This document shows, piece after piece, positions 1 through 12,100 of a stretch of 63,787 nt of DNA (positions are counted from its first letter, which is position 1; every line of letters starts with the position of its first letter). Made by a program: the position numbers and the translations under genes. Source of the DNA: Chiloscyllium plagiosum (lineage: Eukaryota); the NCBI RefSeq assembly GCF_004010195.1, contig NC_057760.1, forward strand, positions 4,262,446-4,326,232. The letters are read 5' to 3'. Under the pieces are notes generated by a model. That model searched no databases. It was not told the DNA's origin and was given only the letters and a program-made list of their open reading frames with translations.

Positions 1-256
1 GGGGCATAAATTTAAGGTGAAGGGTGGAAGGTATAGGGGAGATGTCGGGGGGGGGGGGTTCTTTACCCAGAGAGTGGTGGGGGCATGGAATGCGCTGCCT
101 GTGGGAGTGGTAGAGTCAGAATCTTTGGTGACCTTTAAGCGGCAATTGGATAGGTACATGGATGGGTGCTTAAGCTAGGACAAACGTTTGGCACAACATC
201 GTGGCCGAAGGGCCTTTTCTGTGCTGTATTGTTCTATGTTCTATGTTCTATGTTCT
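1..256 (+). mobile_element. CR1 (HER1-type) LINE 3' end
   Basis: FFTQRVVGAWNALP-type ORF2 C-terminus, GGCCGAAGGGCC 3' motif, (TTCTATG)n tail. Confidence 0.85.
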
Positions 257-649
257 AAAGGTAGGGATACGAATATTGCATCACAAAACTCTGAACTGCA
301 CACTTATATGCAGCATGCAGTAAGATCTGTACATTATTCATGCTTGAATTGATATATGACAAGTTCCAAGAACGGCCATCACCAACAATAGGGAATCTTA
401 CTACATTCTTTTCAGATTTCATAACATTACCTTTGTGACCTTCCTCAATATGAAACCAGAAGGAGTATAATTTGTTTAGAAACTAACTGGAGCTGTTATA
501 TTCACATTGGGGTGGACGTATAGCTCAAGAGTTTAGGAATCCTGCGACTAATACTTTATCCCCGTATCTCCAAAACCTGTCCAAAATCAACATGGCTGTT
601 AGCTGTCTGATGGAAGCTGTTCACTCAAAGTGATGAGTGAAAATTCAAT

Positions 650-1070
650 TACACCAAAAGGAAGGGATGAACCAGTAAACTACGGGCCAGTCAGTGTAAC
701 CTAGGAAAACTACTGAAAGCGGTTCTGAATGTCAGAGTTAATCTGCATTTGGAGAGGCACAGATTGGTTAATAACAGTCAACAACTAGAGAACTACACTA
801 AGATTTGGAGTTTTCATTGGAAGAGAGATGTGATTGCACTGCAGTAGATGCAGACGAGATTTACAAGGACACAATCTGGGCTGGAAGTTGCAGTAATGAA
901 GAGAGATTGGATAATATGGACAGGACAGCCAGGAAGGAACGTTTTCCCTTGGTGGAGGAATAAGTCAACAGGATGCAAAATGTAAGGTAAGGGTAAGAAA
1001 TTCAGATGGGATTTGAAGCTTTTTTTTCATTCAGTCACTGCTTGGAATTTGGAACTCCCTACCTGATAGA
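650..1070 (+). mobile_element. Old, deleted CR1 LINE fragment
   Basis: Decayed NYRPVS and ORF2 C-terminal motifs. Confidence 0.5.
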
Positions 1071-1472
1071 GAGAATAGAGAACAAAGAAAATATACAGCC
1101 CAGGAACAGGCTTTTCAGCCCTCCAAGCCTGAGCCGATCAAAATCCGCTGTCTAAACCAGTGGTCCAATTCCTAAGCATCTGTATCCCTCTGCTTCCCAC
1201 CTACTCATGCATCTGTCCAGACGCATTTAAATAAATCTACCGTGCCTGCCTCTACTACCTCTGCTGGCTACGGGTTCCAGGCACCTACCACTCTCTGTGT
1301 AAAGTTCTTGCCATGCATATCCCCCTTAAACTTCTCACCTCTCACCTTGAACGTGTGACCTCTCATTATTGAATCCCTCACCCTGGGAAAAAGCTTATCT
1401 TTATCTACCCAGTCTATACCCTTCATGATTTTGTAGACCTCAATCACATCTCTCCTCCATCTCCTTTTTCCT

Positions 1473-3390
1473 AATTGAATTGAATTGAATTGAATTTATT
1501 GTCATGTGTACCGAGACACAGTGAAAACCTTTGTTTTTCGAGAAATGCAGATCACATAGTTAAATAGCGCAGATAAGTAAATAATAGATAAACAGTGGCA
1601 AAAACATAAACACAGGTACAAGCGAATGTTAAGAGTTTGTGAATCCATTCAGTATTCTAAGAACAGTAGGGTAGAAACCGTTGCGAAACCAGCTGGTGCG
1701 TGTGTTCAGGCTTCTGTACCTTCTCCCCAATGGTAGAGGTTGTAGAAATTGCCAGGGTGGGATGGATCTTTGAGAATGCTGGTGGCCTTTCCTTGACAGC
1801 GGGCCTGGAAGATAGATTCTGTAGATGAGGGGTTGGCCTTTGTGATTGTCCGGGCTGAGTTCACCACTCTCTGTAACCGTCTCTGAATGGTACAATTGTC
1901 ATACCAGATAGTGATACAGCCAGACAGATTGCTCTCGATGGCGCACCTATAAAAGTTGGCAAGGCTATTCGCCATTATGCCAAATTTCCTCAGCTGCCTG
2001 AGGAAGAAGAGACATTGTTGGGCCTTTGTAACCAGTGTATCCACATGAAGAGTCCAAGAAAGCTTGTTGTGGTTGACCACTCGCAGGAGCTAGACACTCC
2101 ACTCGTTCCACCTCTGTGCTGTTAATGTGCTGTATGAGTAACATCCCACCGAAAACGAATAATGAGTTCCTTGGTTTTGCCAGCATTGAGAGCGAGGTTG
2201 TTCTCAGTGCACCATTTTTCCAGGTCTGCCACCTCCTGTCTGTAGTCTGTTTCATCGCCATCTGAGATTTGACCGACTATGGTGGTGTCGTCAGCAAACT
2301 TGTAAATGGCATTAGTCGGGGGCTGAGTACACACCACTGGGGCCGGGGGTGGGGGGGTGGGGGGGCTGGCTCCAGTGTTGAGTATTAGTGATGATGAAAT
2401 ATTGTCCCCTTTCTTCACTGACTGTGGCCTGTGGGTCAGGAAACTGAAAATCCAGTTGCAGAGAGTGGGGCTTAATCCGAGATCACTAAGTTTAGTAATC
2501 AGTCTCGAGGATATAATTGTGCTAAAGGCTGAACTGTAGTCAATAACTAGGATTCTTACGTAGCTGGCCTTGGTGTCAAGATGCTCTAGGGAGGAGTGAA
2601 AGGCAAGTGATATGGCATCTGGCATGAATCTGTTGGTTCAATAAGGCACATTGGAGTGGGTCAAGAGTAGTGGGGAGGCTAGAGTTGATTAATGCCATGA
2701 CCAGACTTTCAAAGCATTTCATGATCACCAAAGTTAGGGCCAGTGGGTGGTAGTCTTTGAGACATGCTGCATGAGCCTTCTTAAGCACAGGGATGATGTT
2801 GGCTGCTGCAGGGAGAGGTTGAAAATATCCGAGAAGATCTCTGTCAGTTGATCTGCCCATGTAATGAATGCACTGCCTGGTACTCCATCTACATTCGCTT
2901 TGAGCAGAATTTCAGCAGAGAGATAACACCTGTTCTGACAAGTCCTGACAAACCTATGAGGAGAAAATGAGGTCTGCAGATGCTGGAGATCAAAGTTGAA
3001 ACTTTATTGCTGGAACAGCACAGCAGGTCAGGCAGCATCCAGGGAACAGGAGATTCGACGTTTCGGGCACAGGCCCTTCTTCAGGAAGGGCCTGTGCCCG
3101 AAACGTTGAATCTCCTGTTCCCTGGATGCTGCCTGACCTGCTGTGCTGTTCCAGCAATAAAGTTTCAACCCTGACAAACCTATCCCAACAGTCACTTTCC
3201 TTGGATTCACACGAAGGAAAGCTGATCTGACCTCTGATGCAGTGACTGTTGGGATAGGCTTGTCAGGACTTGTCAGAACAGGTGTTATCTCTCTGCTGAA
3301 ATTCTGCTCAAAGCGAATGTAGAAGGCGTTGAGACAATCTGGGAGGGATATGTCATCATCTGCTATTGCACTGAAAAGTTGCATCTTTCT
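1473..3390 (-). mobile_element. Rex1/Babar-like non-LTR retrotransposon, 5'-truncated and frameshifted
   Basis: [15 protein letters not shown]...[10 protein letters not shown]...[10 protein letters not shown]...KAQQCLFFLRQLRKFG; 3' end AATAAA(TTCAA)n. Confidence 0.8.
2958..3169 (+). mobile_element. Penelope-derived fold-back (hairpin) element with 14-bp TSD
   Basis: 85-bp inverted arms 2995-3079 and 3085-3169; TSD cctgacaaacctat at 2944-2957 and 3170-3183. Confidence 0.8.
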
Positions 3391-4599
3391 TGCAATTTTT
3401 TATGAAAACAATCCTAACCTACTCAACCACTCTTCATAGCTAGCACCTTCCATACCAGGTAACATCCTCGTAAACCTTCTCTGTGCACTCTCCAAAGAGT
3501 CCACTACCTTTTGGCAATGTGGCGACCAGAACTATACACAGTATTCTAAGTGCGGCCGAACCAATATCTTGTACAATTTTAACATGACCTGCCAGCTGTT
3601 ATGCTTAATGCTCGTCTGATGAAGGCAAGCATTCCACATGCGTTCTTGACCACTCTTTCCATCTGTGCAGCCACCTTCAGCGTACAATGGACCTGCACCC
3701 CCAGATCTCTCTGCTCACCAACTTTGCCCAAGGCTTTTCTGTTTACAGTATAGTTGGCTCTAGAATTAGACTTTCCAAAATGCATCACCTCACAGTTGCC
3801 TGGATTGAACTCCATCTGCCACTTCTCCGCACATCTCTCCAGTCTATCTATATTCTCTTGTATTCTTTGACAGTCCCCTATGGTTTCTGCTACTCCACCA
3901 ATCTTTGTGTCATCTGCAAACTTACTGATCAGACCAACAATGCCCTCTTCCATATCACTTATGTATATTACAAACAACAGCGGCCCCAGCACTGATCCCC
4001 GTGGAACACTTACTGGTCACAATGGGTTTGTCAATGAGCTGTAAAGATAGGTGTCTGAATAATAAATGCAACATTTCGCCAAGATCCCTTTCACAGCACT
4101 TCAGGAGTAAACAAACACCCAGACCCAGAAGAGAATTGTAGAAGACACACAGTAAAAATAGCAATGAGAATTTCCTCTCTAAATCACACTGTGTTATGAA
4201 TTGGAACTTTACCAATTGTCCTTCTCTGTCACTGGGTGAATCACCAATACATTTATTCTTAATAGTTTTGCGGGTGTAGTGGCAAAACACAGACAAAATG
4301 TCCCATGAAAGCAGCTCAGCACCAACTTAAGTTCAATTACAGGCAGGCGAGAAGCACTTCCTTGTGATTGAGCTCATGTGGAAAGACCAAATTCAAATGG
4401 AGTTTGAAGCTATCCAGAGTAAGGGTACTTTTAGGTCAATATCTCCTACCATCAGGAAAAATTGGCATTGGATAAAACTTGTAACAATATCTAGAACATA
4501 ATTATCTCATGACATCTGTTAACCGGATTTTCATGACAAGGTTTCATGCAGTTGAACAATAACTGCATTTCAAATCCTTGATAACTGCTGATCATACAT

Positions 4600-4605
4600 T
4601 TTATT
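4600..4605 (-). promoter_or_regulatory. Candidate polyadenylation signal overlapping the GPCR stop codon (alternative at 4252-4257)
   Basis: Minus strand reads GTT TAA TAAA, placing AATAAA over the stop; a second AATAAA lies about 350 nt downstream. Confidence 0.3.
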
Positions 4606-5532
4606 AAACTTGATTCTTTCCATTCATAAGTTTTTCAACCAATATTCGAATTATTCTCCATGGAGCGATCACCATATTATTCAGCTCTTTTCTGAATTTG
4701 CTCTGGGTTACTGCATAAATACACGGGTTTAGAACGCAACTGAAAAATTTTAGGAAATCTCCGGTTTCGGTGGCGATATATGCAGGGCTTGTGAAGCCTC
4801 CTTGGTAATGAATAGTATTCGTTAGTCTGGTAACCGCTAAACTCACTGAATGCGTTAACCAAAGTAATATGAAACTGACTGATATAGAGAACAGTAAAAT
4901 AATGGATTTTCTTCGGCTCTCTGTCTCTGAATCCTTGTGATTCTCCTTCCCCTGATTCCGGAGTCCTGTGCGTGTCCTGTTAGCCATTACAATACGCCGG
5001 ATGGTTAAAGAATTAAATAAAATAATTAGACTAAAAGGAAGCCAAACAACCCAGGTGCTGTGAAACCAAACATAGGCTATACCAGCAGGTGAGGAGAAAA
5101 AAGCCGCACTTGACTGGCAGCCCCAAGGTACTTTGTCAAGTATTTGCTGAGGTTCATAAGCAAATAAAATTGGTATTTCCTTTAGGACAATTAGGATTGA
5201 GAGCGTTGTTACTATCGCTGTTGCCGTTGTTTTGGTGCAATATTTCACTTTGAACTTCTGGCAGCAAATAACTACAAACCGGTCAAATGTGAAGGAGACA
5301 GTGCACCAAACAGACAAATCAAGAGTGACAACGGCCAGATATAAAATGGTCCTGCACACAACGGTCAGGTACAGGAATGAAAAAGGAAAGTGATAGCTGA
5401 TTATATAATGCACTATTATATCAAAGATAATGACCAATAGATCCGTTGTTGACATCGTCATCATATATGTAAATATACATCTGGACAGGCCACAGTTTCC
5501 TCGCTTGAGTATCACAATTGTCATCAAGTTTG
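4604..5532 (-). CDS. GPR139/GPR142-like class A GPCR, exon 2 (late TM1 to TM7 and stop)
   Basis: Open frame ANLMTIVIL...FTFDRFVVICC (DRY-like)...SRRKSIILLFSIS...LNPCIY (NPxxY) to TAA at 4604-4606. Acceptor ttttactttctcttctag|CA at 5533/5532; phase matches exon 1. Confidence 0.9.
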
Positions 5533-6007
5533 CTAGAAGAGAAAGTAAAAACAAATAATATTTCATTTTCCAATTGAAATGTGCACACAATTGTTTCGAA
5601 TAATTTGAATCCATTCTGTGTGATTACTTAATTGGGAGAAGGACACATGCATTCGACGGAAAACAAATTGGAAAAAAAAAACAAGGGATTCATAGTCTCC
5701 TGAATTCATGGACTGACTCTGAGCCAGATGTTATGTCACAAAAAAGAAAACAAAATGGCAGGAGGACATTTCAGTCCAAAATCAACTAACATCTTTGCAC
5801 AGAAAATTTAAAAAAGACAGCAACTTCAAATTAGCAAGGTTTTCCGATGAAGAGAAAACCTTACTAATGCATTCATTCCTTGATAGGTTTGTTTCACAAT
5901 CGTTTATAGAAATCTGGCATTAAGGAAGCAGGTTATTTTATGCAAATGTGATTTGTGTGAGAAGACAGAAAATATCGACAAATAACAAACAGGGCAATGT
6001 GACTCAC

Positions 6008-6077
6008 CAGGAAGAGCAACGGCTGCGAGAATCGGGTAGTAGATCTCCTTCACCAGCAGAATAGCTGGTTTCCCCAT
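6008..6077 (-). CDS. GPR139/GPR142-like GPCR, exon 1 (MGKPAILLVKEIYYPILAAVALP)
   Basis: ATG at 6077, 70 nt, donor G|GTGAGT. Joined to exon 2 it gives 999 nt = 332 aa + stop. The YYP..LP-AN start of TM1 is typical of this family. Confidence 0.88.
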
Positions 6078-6161
6078 TTTGTGTGAGAATGGATGATTTC
6101 TGTGGCAACTGAATGACACTGAGTTACGCACAGCTAAGACAACAGGGGATATTCTATACGG

Positions 6162-6169
6162 TATTTATA
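6162..6169 (-). promoter_or_regulatory. Candidate TATA box of the GPCR gene
   Basis: TATAAATA on the minus strand about 85 nt upstream of the ATG. Confidence 0.55.
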
Positions 6170-7199
6170 CGAGTGTTAAATCTCGAAGGAGTCCAACAGT
6201 TGAACTATCATGATTATTTTTGAAGCTAATTATCAAATGCACATAGGCAAGTTACTTTTTACATGCTATCTCAGGTAAAAATACAAATTTGGCATTGATA
6301 TTAGGCAATTACACTGGCAAATGGGAGGTGAAACCTGAAATTACTCGTAGTTTTAGCCAATTTCACAGGGTTACTGATTGGTGCTCTTCTTCGGAAGGTC
6401 TTCTGGATGCCCTTAAATCATGTCGAGGGCCATGACATCGGCGAAATCGGCATCTTTCTCAATGTCACAAATATCAATGATATCTGTGCTTCTCCATTTG
6501 TGTCTCTTGTGCATCTCAAATTGAATGATGCACCGTTGACGTCCTTACGTATCTCCCACAAATTACCCCACTCTTTGATGCTCTGGATCGACTTCACTGA
6601 AACGGTTGGTATGATCAGTGTTCTGACAAGTCACAAGTATAAATTTTTGAATAAGGATGGCAGGAGGAAAGCAATATTTGTTGGTAATAACAAATCAATA
6701 AAAAGGGGATGTGCCATTCCAGAATAATAATCAGGGTACGATTACATTAAGGCTGAATGTGTGAAGCAAACATAAAAAGAGAAGTCAACCAATTGCACTA
6801 ATGGGATTAATATTGAACCGACAGATTACTGAAGATAGATATTATCCTCAATAATTACTATTGAAGATAAAAGATTAGAAGACATTCAATAATAATTGCG
6901 TTGTGTTGAATATGCTTCATGGTTTCACAACTGCAGAAAGTCGACATCGGTAGGCAGCAAGACTGTCCAACATCACATAGATCCAATGTGGTTTTGTCAA
7001 AAAGCAAGTCACATTTAACTGATTCATTAGAGTTTATTAAATCAATGAATTTTGAAGTAAATAAAGAGTCATCATCTGTATGCAAAGTCTGCACCGTTAA
7101 TTTGAAAAGCAACCCACTCAGAATGTAACCAAGAATTTACCATGGCTAATCCATCTACCGACATACAATTGGTCGCTACAGGGGAATTTAACATGGCAA

Positions 7200-7470
7200 T
7201 AAACAATAGACAATAGACAATAGGTGCAGGAATAGGTCATTCTGCCCATCGAGCCTGCACTACCATTCATTATGGTCATGGCTGATCATCCTCAATCAGT
7301 ATCCTGTTCCTGCCTTATCCCCATAACCCTTGATTCCACTATCCTTAAGAGCTCTATCCAATTCTTTCTTGAAAGTATCCAGAGACTTGGCCTCCACAGC
7401 CTTCTGGGACGGAGCATTCTATATACCCACCACTCTCTGGGTGAAGAAGTTTCTCCTCAACTCTGTTCTT
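7200..7470 (-). mobile_element. CR1 LINE 3' end
   Basis: caataga-repeat tail and FFTQRVV-type C-terminus on the minus strand. Confidence 0.7.
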
Positions 7471-7479
7471 ATTTTTAAA

Positions 7480-7640
7480 CTGTGGCCAATCCACCTAACA
7501 TGCAGATCTTCAGACTGTGGGGGGAAACCAGATCACCTGATAAAAACCCACGCAGACACTGGGAGAATATACAAAACTGCACAGACAATCATCAAAGGCT
7601 GCACTCAAATCCTGGTACGGAGTGTTTTGAAGGAACATTA
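7480..7640 (-). mobile_element. Degenerate HE1-type SINE
   Basis: Reverse complement of the SINE body seen at 25096-25414. Confidence 0.55.
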
Positions 7641-7988
7641 CGAGCCACTCAGCCAATTTGCCACATGAGGTTCTATTTTCTATTTGCCACATTGGTTCTA
7701 TGTTCTATGGAAATGCTGCAGTAATGTAAAGCAATTTAACATCCCGATATAAATAGATAGTAATGACTATTTCAGGTTATTGTTTATAATTGAATTGGTT
7801 TGATTATTTAAGGTTATATAACTTGAAGAGTTTTGGTTTTCTCCAACAATCTGGGAAAAGTAAAACATTGTTTAAGACATGCATAAAGTCTCTAGGAATT
7901 ACACTTTGCCAGCAGCACAATCAGAAAATAAATAATAAAACAATGATCATTGCTGTGCTGCTTGGAACAATTGCTGAGTTCAACAGGT

Positions 7989-8292
7989 CAGAGGTTAGCA
8001 CTGCTGCCTCACAGCACCAGGTTCCCAGATTCAATTTCAGCCTCGGGCGACTGTCTGTGTGGAGTTTGCACATTCTCCCTGCGTCGACGTGGTTTTCCTC
8101 TGGGTGCTCCGGTTTCCTCCTACAGTCCAAAGATGTGCAGGTCAGATGAATTGGCCATGCTAAATTGCCCATAGTGTTAGGTGCATTAGTCAGAGGGAAA
8201 TGGGTCTGGTTCGGTTACTCTTCGGAGAGTCGGTGTGGACTGGTTGGACTGAAGGGCCTGTTTCCACACTGTAGGGAATCTAATCTAATCTA
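7989..8292 (+). mobile_element. HE1-type tRNA-derived SINE (5' end clipped)
   Basis: ggttagcactgctgcctcacag...tgtgtggagtttgcacattctccc...gaagggcctgtttcc, (AATCT)n tail. Confidence 0.8.
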
Positions 8293-8304
8293 AAAAAAGA
8301 AAAA

Positions 8305-8804
8305 NNNNNNNNNNNNNNNNNNNNNNNNNNNNNNNNNNNNNNNNNNNNNNNNNNNNNNNNNNNNNNNNNNNNNNNNNNNNNNNNNNNNNNNNNNNNNNNN
8401 NNNNNNNNNNNNNNNNNNNNNNNNNNNNNNNNNNNNNNNNNNNNNNNNNNNNNNNNNNNNNNNNNNNNNNNNNNNNNNNNNNNNNNNNNNNNNNNNNNNN
8501 NNNNNNNNNNNNNNNNNNNNNNNNNNNNNNNNNNNNNNNNNNNNNNNNNNNNNNNNNNNNNNNNNNNNNNNNNNNNNNNNNNNNNNNNNNNNNNNNNNNN
8601 NNNNNNNNNNNNNNNNNNNNNNNNNNNNNNNNNNNNNNNNNNNNNNNNNNNNNNNNNNNNNNNNNNNNNNNNNNNNNNNNNNNNNNNNNNNNNNNNNNNN
8701 NNNNNNNNNNNNNNNNNNNNNNNNNNNNNNNNNNNNNNNNNNNNNNNNNNNNNNNNNNNNNNNNNNNNNNNNNNNNNNNNNNNNNNNNNNNNNNNNNNNN
8801 NNNN
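8305..8804. other. Assembly gap (500 N)
   Basis: Run of N. Confidence 0.99.
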
Positions 8805-8825
8805 TCTGACAAAAAGCTTAACACA

Positions 8826-9424
8826 AACCCTAACCCTAAGTTCTAACCCTAATCCAAACCTTGACGCAAACACTACACCAACCCTAACACTGACCCAGAA
8901 ACAAAGCCCTAACCCTGACCCTAACCCTTACACATAACCTTAAATCCAAATGCTAACCCCAGCTTTAACCTGGGCCCTAACCCTAACCTATTCCTAGCCC
9001 TAACTCTAACCATCACCCTGACCATTACTCTAATCCTAACCCAGGCCGTAACCCTGACCATATACATTCCTATAACCCGAACCCTGGCCCTAGCCCTGAA
9101 CCTAAGTGTTACACTAACCCTAGCCTAACCTTGGCCCTAACTCCAACCCATCCCCAGCCCTAACCCTAGCCCTAACACTCACCATAACCCTAACCCAGAT
9201 CTTAACTCTGACCCTAACCTTGACCCTAGCTCTAACCCTAACCTAAACCCTCACCTTAATCTTGGCCCCAACCCTGGCTCTGATCTTAGCCCTAACCTTA
9301 CCCTTGGTGCAGCACTAATCCTATCCCTCAGCCGAACCCTAGCCTATCCCTATCCATAACCATAGCCCTCGCCCTAGCCCTAACCCTGACCCTACATCTA
9401 ACCCTAATGCAAATCTGCCCCTAA
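8826..9424 (+). repeat. Degenerate interstitial telomere-like (CCCTAA)n array
   Basis: Hexamer periodicity with ccctaa, ccctga, ccctag and ctctaa variants over about 600 bp. Confidence 0.85.
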
Positions 9425-9769
9425 TTTCAAACTGTGCTACAAACTCATTTTGTTCTGTGTACTGCATGCATTTAAGCACAACACCATCAATCCTGCATTG
9501 AGTGACCCCTTCTCATTGTTGTCCCCTTCTGTGCTGTGCAAGCAATTCAAGTCCTGATCTTTGTCCTATATACTCTTTGTCCTATCTACCCAAACTCAGG
9601 TATCCACTTCACAGCCCAATGTTACATATTATCAATTTTCCAGTAAACCCTGGAACTGCCATCTAGTCATATACACAGGTGCTTGTAAGCTCTCAGTTCA
9701 GACCAGCATTCACTCTGTCTTAAAGGTACAGTACACACATTCAACTTCAGTGCATCCTTTTTCAAGGAC

Positions 9770-11010
9770 AAAAAACTATACTCCAGGTGTGGCCTCACCA
9801 GTATCCTATATAGCTGTAGCATAACCTCCCTGTTATTAAACTCCATCCCTCTCACAATTGTTATGGACCAAGCCAAACCCCTCAGAACATTTCAGGAAAG
9901 TAGGCCAGACCCTAACTTTGCTCGTTGTTTTAAGCAGGTGTAGAGTGGATATTCCAGGAGTGATGCAGCTGGCCCAATCACTCAGTTTTAAATGAAACAG
10001 AAATTAGTTACAAGATTATTGAATGAAACACAAAGAACAGAAAACAGAATACCAAATAACTTAACCTATCCAAAAACCCAAGTGATCATCCCAACCTAAT
10101 GATGCTGTTCCAAATACTTGCAACAATCCCCATAAACACCCCTTGGCACAAAAGGAAAAATCAAACACAGGGTCTTCCAGGAGAGAAGTCAAGGAGAAAG
10201 GACCAGCCTGGACCTGCTGCTTTGAGTCCAGAAGATTTTTCCACATTACTCTTAAAAACCAAACCAAACCAGAGAAAAGCTGAGCTGGGAGAACAGGCCA
10301 CTCCCCTGTCATTGTACAAGTGTTTGTTTTTTACTTGAAAGCCTCCTTCTGGAGGCAGTATCTCTTAGCTATAATCAAACTGGCGCTAAAACCCTTCAAC
10401 CTCAGACTTTTCAGAGTCTGTGCCTTTTCCAAACTCTCTGAAAAAAAAGCCAAAACAACATAACCTTATTAAAGGAGCAGTATCAACATACAATGAAGGA
10501 CAATATTCCATCTGCCCTCATAATTACCTGTTGCACCTGCAAACCAACGTTTTGAGTTTCATGCAAAAGGACAGCCAGATCTCTCTGCACAGCAGCATAC
10601 TGCAATTTTTCACCATTTAACTAATAGTCCATGTTGCTGTTATTCATAACAAAATGGATGATTTCACATTTACCCACATTGTACTCCATCTGCCAGACCC
10701 TTAACCTATCTGTGTCCCTCTGCAGACTTTCAATGTCCTCTGCGTACTTCGCTCAACCACTCATCTTAGTGTCATCTGCAAAATTTGACACACTACACTT
10801 GGTCATCTAAGTAAATTGTAAACAATTGCATTCTCAGCATTGATCCCTGAGGCAAACCACTAGCCACTGATTGCCAACCAGAAAAACACCCATTTATCCC
10901 CACTCTTTGTTTTCTGTTAATTAACTAAGTTCTACCCATACTAAAACATTGACAGTAACACCATACACCTTTAACTAATGCTGCAGCCTTTTGTGCGGCA
11001 CTTTGTTGAA
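9770..11010 (-). mobile_element. Old CR1 LINE fragment, split by a solo LTR
   Basis: RGMEFNNREVMLQLYRILVRPHLEY; RT-region remnants at 10495-11010. Confidence 0.7.
9859..10490. mobile_element. Solo LTR-like insertion (632 bp) with 4-bp TSD
   Basis: Starts TGTTATG; flanked by caat at 9855-9858 and 10491-10494; removing it restores the CR1 sequence ctcacaat|gaagga. Confidence 0.65.
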
Positions 11011-11281
11011 TGCTAATTAGCAGTCTCACCTATATCTTAAACACATCTGTGAATGTGACATTTATCATTTCAGCTTTCAAACATACACTCATATACTAGT
11101 ACTTTACTTATAAAATAGCTGCAACACCACGTGTTCACACAGGCCAATAAAGCTGGTGGTACCTTTGGATAACACTGTAGTGAGCAGGCAAGCAATGTAA
11201 GTGTATACATTGGTTAACGGTAGCCACAAAGACAACTACAATCCCAACTAAGTTACAGAATGGACAACAAAGTTTCAACAA

Positions 11282-11287
11282 TTTATT
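11282..11287 (-). promoter_or_regulatory. Candidate polyadenylation signal of the Jagged-like gene
   Basis: AATAAA on the minus strand about 460 nt after the stop codon, in unique sequence. Confidence 0.45.
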
Positions 11288-11744
11288 TGTAATGTTGAGA
11301 ACTTAGCCACAATGCTCAGAAAGGCAGATCTCAATTTCTTCACTTTGATTCATTAGAAATCGATGAAAGAATTATTCATATTAAGTAAAATGACACTCAG
11401 ATTCGACTGACTGTGGGGAAAGAAGGATAACTAAACATAGATCCAAAGTTACAAGTTGTAATCAACTCAGGTTCACTGCAGATCATTTCCTTTTCAAAGG
11501 AAATCCCCTTTTAGAATTGGTTATTGATCAGATGGAAGCCATGTCAAAGTGAAGCATTTTAATTCAACATGTTAATCTCTAGCAAGTCCCACTGTCCCCT
11601 CTGAAGAGACCTGTGTTAAGATGTCATGGTACCAGCAGTTCAGGGTTTATGCTTTCAAATCTTTCATGATGCAATCCCTTTGGACTCTGCTTCATCCAAA
11701 CGACTGCACCTCTCTTCTGCTTTGTTCATTCGATCAGTTCCTCC

Positions 11745-12100
11745 TCAGTTCAGTCGTTTAAGGTTGCTTCCATTTCCTGACACGGTTTCAATATCCTTCC
11801 TTATATCTAGAATGATAAACTCCAATTTCTGATCTGTTGTAAGTTGCTCTGTGATGCAAACTGATCTTTTTGCAGCACAGAGGGTTTTGTACCCATATTC
11901 TGGATTTCTTTCGATGCTGCAGGACCTGGGAAGATTTTGGATAAGGTTGAGAGACACTCGCTGATTGTTAACATGTTCATTTGAGGGTATTTGCTCGCTT
12001 TCTTTTCTCTTCCACTGCTTCATGAAGAGATAGATGCAAACAGATACAATGACGAATACCATGACAGCCATCAGCACAAAGAGGAGGTGAAAGGTCCTTC
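11745..12100 (-). CDS. Jagged-like Notch ligand, terminal exon (transmembrane helix + about 90 aa cytoplasmic tail)
   Basis: tttttcattacag|GA AGG; phase 1 fits exon E. Hydrophobic LLFVLMAVMVFVIVSVCIYLFM, stop-transfer KQWKRK, then VNNQRVSLNLIQN resembling the Jagged tail NNVREQLNQIKN. TGA at 11745-11747. Confidence 0.85.

Larger units (their letters stand above)
1078..4020 (-). mobile_element. CR1 LINE 3' portion (1078-1472 and 3405-4020), split by a Rex1/Babar-like insertion
   Basis: ORF 3579-3992 has [10 protein letters not shown]...KFADDTKIGG...WQMEFN; the CR1 sequence resumes across the insertion. Confidence 0.85.

Noticed and set aside
5533..5614. N-terminal MDSNYSKQ... of ORF 4604-5614 as the GPCR start
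   Set aside because: Intronic read-through; a proper acceptor at 5533 and upstream exon 1 supply the family-typical start of TM1.
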